Below, piece by piece: positions 60,187-64,000 of a stretch of 64,000 bases of DNA. The notes under the pieces were generated by a model that had not been told where the DNA came from, ran no database searches, and worked only from the letters and a program-made list of their open reading frames with translations. The first letter of the stretch is position 1. The number at the start of each line of letters is the position of its first letter. This DNA comes from an uncultured Acidobacteriota bacterium (GTDB lineage: Bacteria > Acidobacteriota > Vicinamibacteria > Fen-336): contig CAVOYO010000004.1 in the NCBI GenBank assembly GCA_963700695.1, forward strand, positions 263,959 through 327,958. Reading direction: 5' to 3'. A program made the position numbers and the translations under genes.

Positions 60187-62306
60187 AGCTCACGCCATTC
60201 CTGGCCGCCCTCGCGCTGCTCACGACCTCGTGCAGTTCGCCCGAGCCCGAAGACACACCGCCGCCCACCGCGCGGCACCTCGTGCTGGTCACCATCGACA
60301 CGCTGCGCGCCGATCGTCTGGGCGCCTACGGCAACCGCGGGCTGCCCACGCCCCACCTGGACCGGCTCGCCGCCGAGGGGACGATGGCCCCGGAGGCCAT
60401 GGTCCACGTCCCGTTGACACGCCCCTCCCACTTCTCCCTCTTCAGCGGGCTCCTGCCGTCCCAGCACGGCATCCGCGAGAACATCGCGCCCGCGCGCGGT
60501 CCGGAAACGCCCTTGCTCGCCGAGGTCTTGCAGACCGCGGGCTTTCGGACAGCGGCATTCGTTTCCTCGATCGTCCTCGCCGCGCACACCGGCCTGGACC
60601 GGGGATTCGACACGTACTCCGACGACTTCGAGGGAGAAGGAGGCAGCAAGGTCCACATGGCGAGCGAGCTCCAGAAGCGCGGCGACGAAACCGTCGGGGA
60701 GGCGGTGTCCTGGCTGGAGTCCCACGCGCAGGGTCCGGAGACTCGGCTCTTCGCCTGGATCCACCTCTACGACCCCCACGATCCCTACGAGCCGCCCGAG
60801 CCCTACGCTTCGCGCTACGCCGACCGCCCCTACGAGGGCGAGGTCGCCTGGACCGACGAGCTGGTGGGGCGCATCGACGCCGCCCTCACGAGGCTCGAGC
60901 TGCGCGACCAGACGCTGCTGTGCGTCACCTCCGACCATGGGGAAGGGCTGGGAGAGCACCGGGAGGCGAGTCACGGCTTCTTCGTCTACCAATCCACCCT
61001 GGCGGTGCCGCTGCTCTTCCGCGGACCCGGCGTGGTGCCCGGCGGGCGCATCCCCGTCACCGTTCGCACCATCGATCTGCTCCCGACGCTTCTGGAGCTG
61101 GTCGGCGTGCCGCCCCCGGCCGCCGCCACCTTCCCCGGCCAGAGCCTGGCCGGGGCGCTGCAGGGACAGGAGCCGCCGCCCGAGCCGCTGACCTACGCCG
61201 AGACGTTGGAGCCGCGTCTGCACTACGGGTGGAGCGACCTGCGCTCGGTGCGGGAGGGAAGGTGGAAGTACATCCAGGCGCCGCGCCCGGAGCTCTACGA
61301 CCTCGAGAACGATCCCCGAGAGCGGCGCAACCTGGCCGAGGTCGAGCCGTCTCGCATGGAGACGCTACGAGCGAGCCTGGACCGAATCCTCGCGGCCGAA
61401 GCCCCGGCTTCCGACCCCGGCTCACCCGGGCCGAGCCTGCCCCTCGATCTCCGGGAGAAGCTCGGGGCCCTCGGGTACGTGGGGGGCCCGGGAGCCGCAG
61501 GAGCCGCGGACCCCGGAGCCGATCCGAAGGACAAGATCGACGACTACAGGATCGCCACGGACCTCATGCAACGGGGCCTCGTGCGCCTGAACGAAGGGGA
61601 TTTCGCGGGAAGCGCGAAGCTGTTCCGGGACCTCCTCGGGCGTGGCGTCCGGAGCTTCGAGCTCCATTTCTACCTGGCCCGCTCCCTGCTGGCGCTGAAA
61701 AAACACCGGGAGGCGGCGGCCCAGTTCGAGAAGGCCGTCGGCTTCGATCCGGGCTATCCCGCGGGGTGGGAGGGCCTGGCCGACTGCCGTGTCGCGCTGG
61801 GCGACCTGCGGGGCGCGGTCGAGGCCATCCGGTCGGCTCAGGAGTCCAGCCCGCGGGAGGCGCGTCTGCGCAGGCGCGAGGCCGAGCTCTGGCGGCGGCT
61901 CGGCGAGCGCGAGAAGGCGCGACGAGCCCTGGAGTCGGCCCTGCCCCTGGCCCCGGACGACGCGCTGCTGCGGGTGCGGCTCGGCGAGCTGCTTCGCGAC
62001 ATGGGAGAGGTGGAGGAGGCGATCCGCCGACTGCGGGAAGCGGTGGAGCTCGACCCCGAGCCCGCCGCCTACTGGAACTCCCTCGGAATGGTCCTCGGTG
62101 CTCACGGGCGCCTGCCTGAGGCCGAGACGGCCTTCCGCCAGGCCTGGGACCGCGACGACTCCGACCCGCGGTACGCGTTCAACACCGGCCTGGCTCTGCT
62201 GCGCATGGGCCGCCCGGAGGAAGCTCGGGGCTTCTTCGAGGCGACCCTCGAGCTGGACCCGGGCTTCGAGGCGGCTCGCGTCCACCTGGCCGAAATCGGC
62301 CCCTGA
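60183..62306 (+). CDS. Paralogous sulfatase-like-TPR protein, lipoprotein form
   Basis: The TTG overlaps the upstream stop (TTGA). (L)KLTPFLAALALLTTSC is a lipobox. HLVLVTIDTLRADRLGAYG...VPLTRPSHFSLFSG...VTSDHGEGLGEHREASHG, then a TPR tail (...AIRRLREAVELDPEPAAYWNSLGMVLGAHGRLPEAETAFRQAW...). It is collinear with 57901..60186. Confidence 0.8.
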   Translation: MKLTPFLAALALLTTSCSSPEPEDTPPPTARHLVLVTIDTLRADRLGAYGNRGLPTPHLDRLAAEGTMAPEAMVHVPLTRPSHFSLFSGLLPSQHGIRENIAPARGPETPLLAEVLQTAGFRTAAFVSSIVLAAHTGLDRGFDTYSDDFEGEGGSKVHMASELQKRGDETVGEAVSWLESHAQGPETRLFAWIHLYDPHDPYEPPEPYASRYADRPYEGEVAWTDELVGRIDAALTRLELRDQTLLCVTSDHGEGLGEHREASHGFFVYQSTLAVPLLFRGPGVVPGGRIPVTVRTIDLLPTLLELVGVPPPAAATFPGQSLAGALQGQEPPPEPLTYAETLEPRLHYGWSDLRSVREGRWKYIQAPRPELYDLENDPRERRNLAEVEPSRMETLRASLDRILAAEAPASDPGSPGPSLPLDLREKLGALGYVGGPGAAGAADPGADPKDKIDDYRIATDLMQRGLVRLNEGDFAGSAKLFRDLLGRGVRSFELHFYLARSLLALKKHREAAAQFEKAVGFDPGYPAGWEGLADCRVALGDLRGAVEAIRSAQESSPREARLRRREAELWRRLGEREKARRALESALPLAPDDALLRVRLGELLRDMGEVEEAIRRLREAVELDPEPAAYWNSLGMVLGAHGRLPEAETAFRQAWDRDDSDPRYAFNTGLALLRMGRPEEARGFFEATLELDPGFEAARVHLAEIGP

Positions 62307-62397
62307 AGCCCTTGCACGAGCTCGTTGCTTTGGCGCGCACGGCCGGGGCAAGAGATCGCTGCCTGCCGTTCACACACTATGACTGGGGGCCCAGACC

Positions 62398-64000
62398 GTG
62401 AATGCACGACTGCTCGCTCTCTTGACGTTCTTGTCGATTCCTGCGCTGGCCGACGAGAAGCGGTCGGTACGCGAGCCCGTTCCCTTCGACACCTTCGAGG
62501 TTCGCGAGGAGATGGTGCCGATGCGCGACGGCGTCAAGCTCTTCACCTTGATCCTCACTCCCAGGGGCGAGAGCGAGCTGCCCATCCTGATCAAGCGCAC
62601 GCCCTACGAGGCGAAAGGTGCGCTGTCGGGTCGGTCGTCGTCCCGCCTCGACGTGACCTTGAGCAGCCTGTTCCTCGGAGACGACTACATCTACGTCTTC
62701 CAGGATATCCGCGGCCGCTTCAAGTCGGAGGGCGTCTACGCGATGTATCGGGCGCCGCGCGGCGAGTTCAACGAGACGATGACCGACGAGACGACCGACG
62801 CCTGGGACACCATCGAATGGCTGGTTCAGAACGTCGCGTCCAACGGTCGGGTCGGTGTCTGGGGCACGTCCTATCCTGGCTGGCTGACGCTGGCGGCGAT
62901 GGCGCAACCACACCCGGCGCTCGCGGCGGCGGTGCCATTCAACCCGGTGGTGGATGTGTGGAAGGCCGACGACTGGTTTCACTGGGGCGCGTTTCGGGGC
63001 GCGTACGCGTTCGATTTCATCTACGCCATGGAAACGCGCCTCGACGAGTTCACGCGGTTCCCCTACCCGAAGCTGGATCTGTATGCCTGGGTGCTGGAGC
63101 TGGGCGCGCTTGGGGACGGCCTCGACCTCTTCCTCGACCAACGGCACGAGATGTGGGCGCGCATCGTCACGTCGCCGAGCTACGGGCCCTACTGGCGCGC
63201 GGTGGCCGCCGACCAGTGGTTCGAGGCGCCGGCGCGGCTGGTGCCGGCGTTGCACGTGCACGGCTACTGGGACCAGGAGGACATCTACGGCGCCCCGGCC
63301 GTCTATGCTGCGACCGAGCGGCACGACCGGGACAACGACAAGAACTTCTTCGTGGCGGGCCCGTGGTACCACGGCCAGCACTTCGCGGACGGCAGCCGGT
63401 TGGGAGACGTGACGTTCGACGAGGACACCGCCAAACGGTTCCGTGAGGACATTTTGGAGCCGTTCCTGCGACGCTTCCTGCACGACGACGAGAACGGCTC
63501 GATCGCGCCGGTCACGGTCTTTGAAACGGGGACCAACCGCTGGCGCCGGTTCGACGAGTGGCCGCCGGCGGGCCGACAGATGATCCGGCTCTACCTGCAA
63601 CCCGAGGGCAAGCTGGCGCTCACCCCGCCGCCGTCAGACGGAGCCGCGACGGAGTACGTGTCCGACCCCGCGAAGCCGGTGCCCTACGCGCCGCGACCGA
63701 ACTGGGCGGGGGACTACGACAACCCGGTCGCCATCGCGGCGTGGCAACGCTGGCTGGTCGAGGACCAGCGCTTCGTGGACGGCCGGCCCGACGTCGCGAC
63801 CTGGGTGAGTGAACCGCTCGAGCAGCCCATGACCCTACGCGGTGCAGTGACCGCCCACCTGGCTGCCAGTACCACGGGCAGCGATGCCGACTGGGTGGTG
63901 AAGCTGATCGACGTGTACCCGGACGACGCTCCCGCGTTCGCGATGTCCGGCTATCAGCTGATGATCAGCGGCGACATCTTCCGGGGGCGGTACCGCGAGG
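62398..64000 (+). CDS. CocE/NonD-family hydrolase (X-Pro dipeptidyl-peptidase S15 fold), runs off the right edge
   Basis: My translation from the GTG at 62398 gives VNARLLALLTFLSIPALADE (signal)...VPMRDGVKLFTLILTPRG...PILIKRTPYEA...YVFQDIRGRFKSEG...TDAWDTIEWLVQNVASNGRVGVWGTSYPGWL (GxSYxG nucleophile)...HVHGYWDQEDIYG...DQRFVDGRPDVATWVSEPL...DWVVKLIDVYPD. It is not in the ORF track because there is no stop. ORF 62325..63446(+) is the wrong frame. Confidence 0.8.
   Translation, partial: MNARLLALLTFLSIPALADEKRSVREPVPFDTFEVREEMVPMRDGVKLFTLILTPRGESELPILIKRTPYEAKGALSGRSSSRLDVTLSSLFLGDDYIYVFQDIRGRFKSEGVYAMYRAPRGEFNETMTDETTDAWDTIEWLVQNVASNGRVGVWGTSYPGWLTLAAMAQPHPALAAAVPFNPVVDVWKADDWFHWGAFRGAYAFDFIYAMETRLDEFTRFPYPKLDLYAWVLELGALGDGLDLFLDQRHEMWARIVTSPSYGPYWRAVAADQWFEAPARLVPALHVHGYWDQEDIYGAPAVYAATERHDRDNDKNFFVAGPWYHGQHFADGSRLGDVTFDEDTAKRFREDILEPFLRRFLHDDENGSIAPVTVFETGTNRWRRFDEWPPAGRQMIRLYLQPEGKLALTPPPSDGAATEYVSDPAKPVPYAPRPNWAGDYDNPVAIAAWQRWLVEDQRFVDGRPDVATWVSEPLEQPMTLRGAVTAHLAASTTGSDADWVVKLIDVYPDDAPAFAMSGYQLMISGDIFRGRYRE

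Noticed and set aside
62325-63446. The 373-aa plus-strand ORF at the right end, and 62377..63600(-).
   Set aside because: Both are wrong frames over the CocE/NonD hydrolase. The frame starting at GTG 62398 gives a signal peptide, a GxSYxG nucleophile motif and an uninterrupted family-like sequence to the window edge.

Overview
High-GC bacterial chromosomal segment. Hand-counted 60-100 nt samples give about 75% GC in the large envelope gene, 59-65% in the M20 peptidase gene, and 56% in one hairpin insert. Gene content (DUF4136-like lipoproteins, CBM9/DUF5916, sulfatase-TPR proteins, YfhO, PQQ propeller, many secreted proteins) resembles an Acidobacteriota- or Gemmatimonadota-type metagenome-assembled genome, but that taxonomy is a guess. 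I can support about 50 protein genes, one tRNA-Ala(GGC), several hairpin terminators, sigma70-like promoters, small repeats and five gene remnants. I saw no rRNA, CRISPR array, transposase, integrase or recognisable defence gene.

Layout:
- 1-375: Ser/Thr kinase 5' end.
- 573-7085 (-): six-gene HlyD / ABC / TolC / ABC-2 efflux operon.
- 7346-8781 (-): outer-membrane barrel and a periplasmic protein.
- 8942-16745 (+): Cache-HAMP-PP2C phosphatase, STAS-MlaE, MlaF, MCE protein, DUF330 lipoprotein, AI-2E permease and a VOC protein.
- 16788-23816 (+): mini-lipoprotein, then one reading frame of about 2270 codons joining a TamB-like protein to POTRA repeats and an Omp85 barrel.
- 23.8-36.7 kb: housekeeping and hydrolase genes, including two DUF4136-like paralogs, prolyl oligopeptidase, a Hyi-like isomerase, arylsulfatase, PQQ propeller, rocD and YfhO.
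- 36.7-44.9 kb: tRNA-Ala, a PMI-like cupin, a MerR-like HTH, ferredoxin, K+ channel, HD, SGNH and PilZ proteins.
- 44.9-53.6 kb: RluA-type synthase, MtfA, an ACP-FAAL-acyltransferase fusion, HU, FtsB, EVE, CutA and a cNMP-TPR protein.
- 53.8-64 kb: CBM9/DUF5916, M20 peptidase, two sulfatase-like TPR paralogs and a CocE/NonD hydrolase running off the right edge.

Most interesting:
1. The covalent TamB-TamA(Omp85) fusion.
2. A 12-bp-stem hairpin element found both inside that ORF and after another gene.
3. A PP2C phosphatase directly upstream of a STAS-fused Mla/MCE transporter.
4. The ACP-FAAL-LPLAT tri-domain gene.

Caveat: between about 1.7 and 16.7 kb, and sporadically to 41 kb, many genes need 1-nt frame repairs although their motifs are intact. 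Many very long ORFs in the supplied track are antisense or off-frame GC artefacts.
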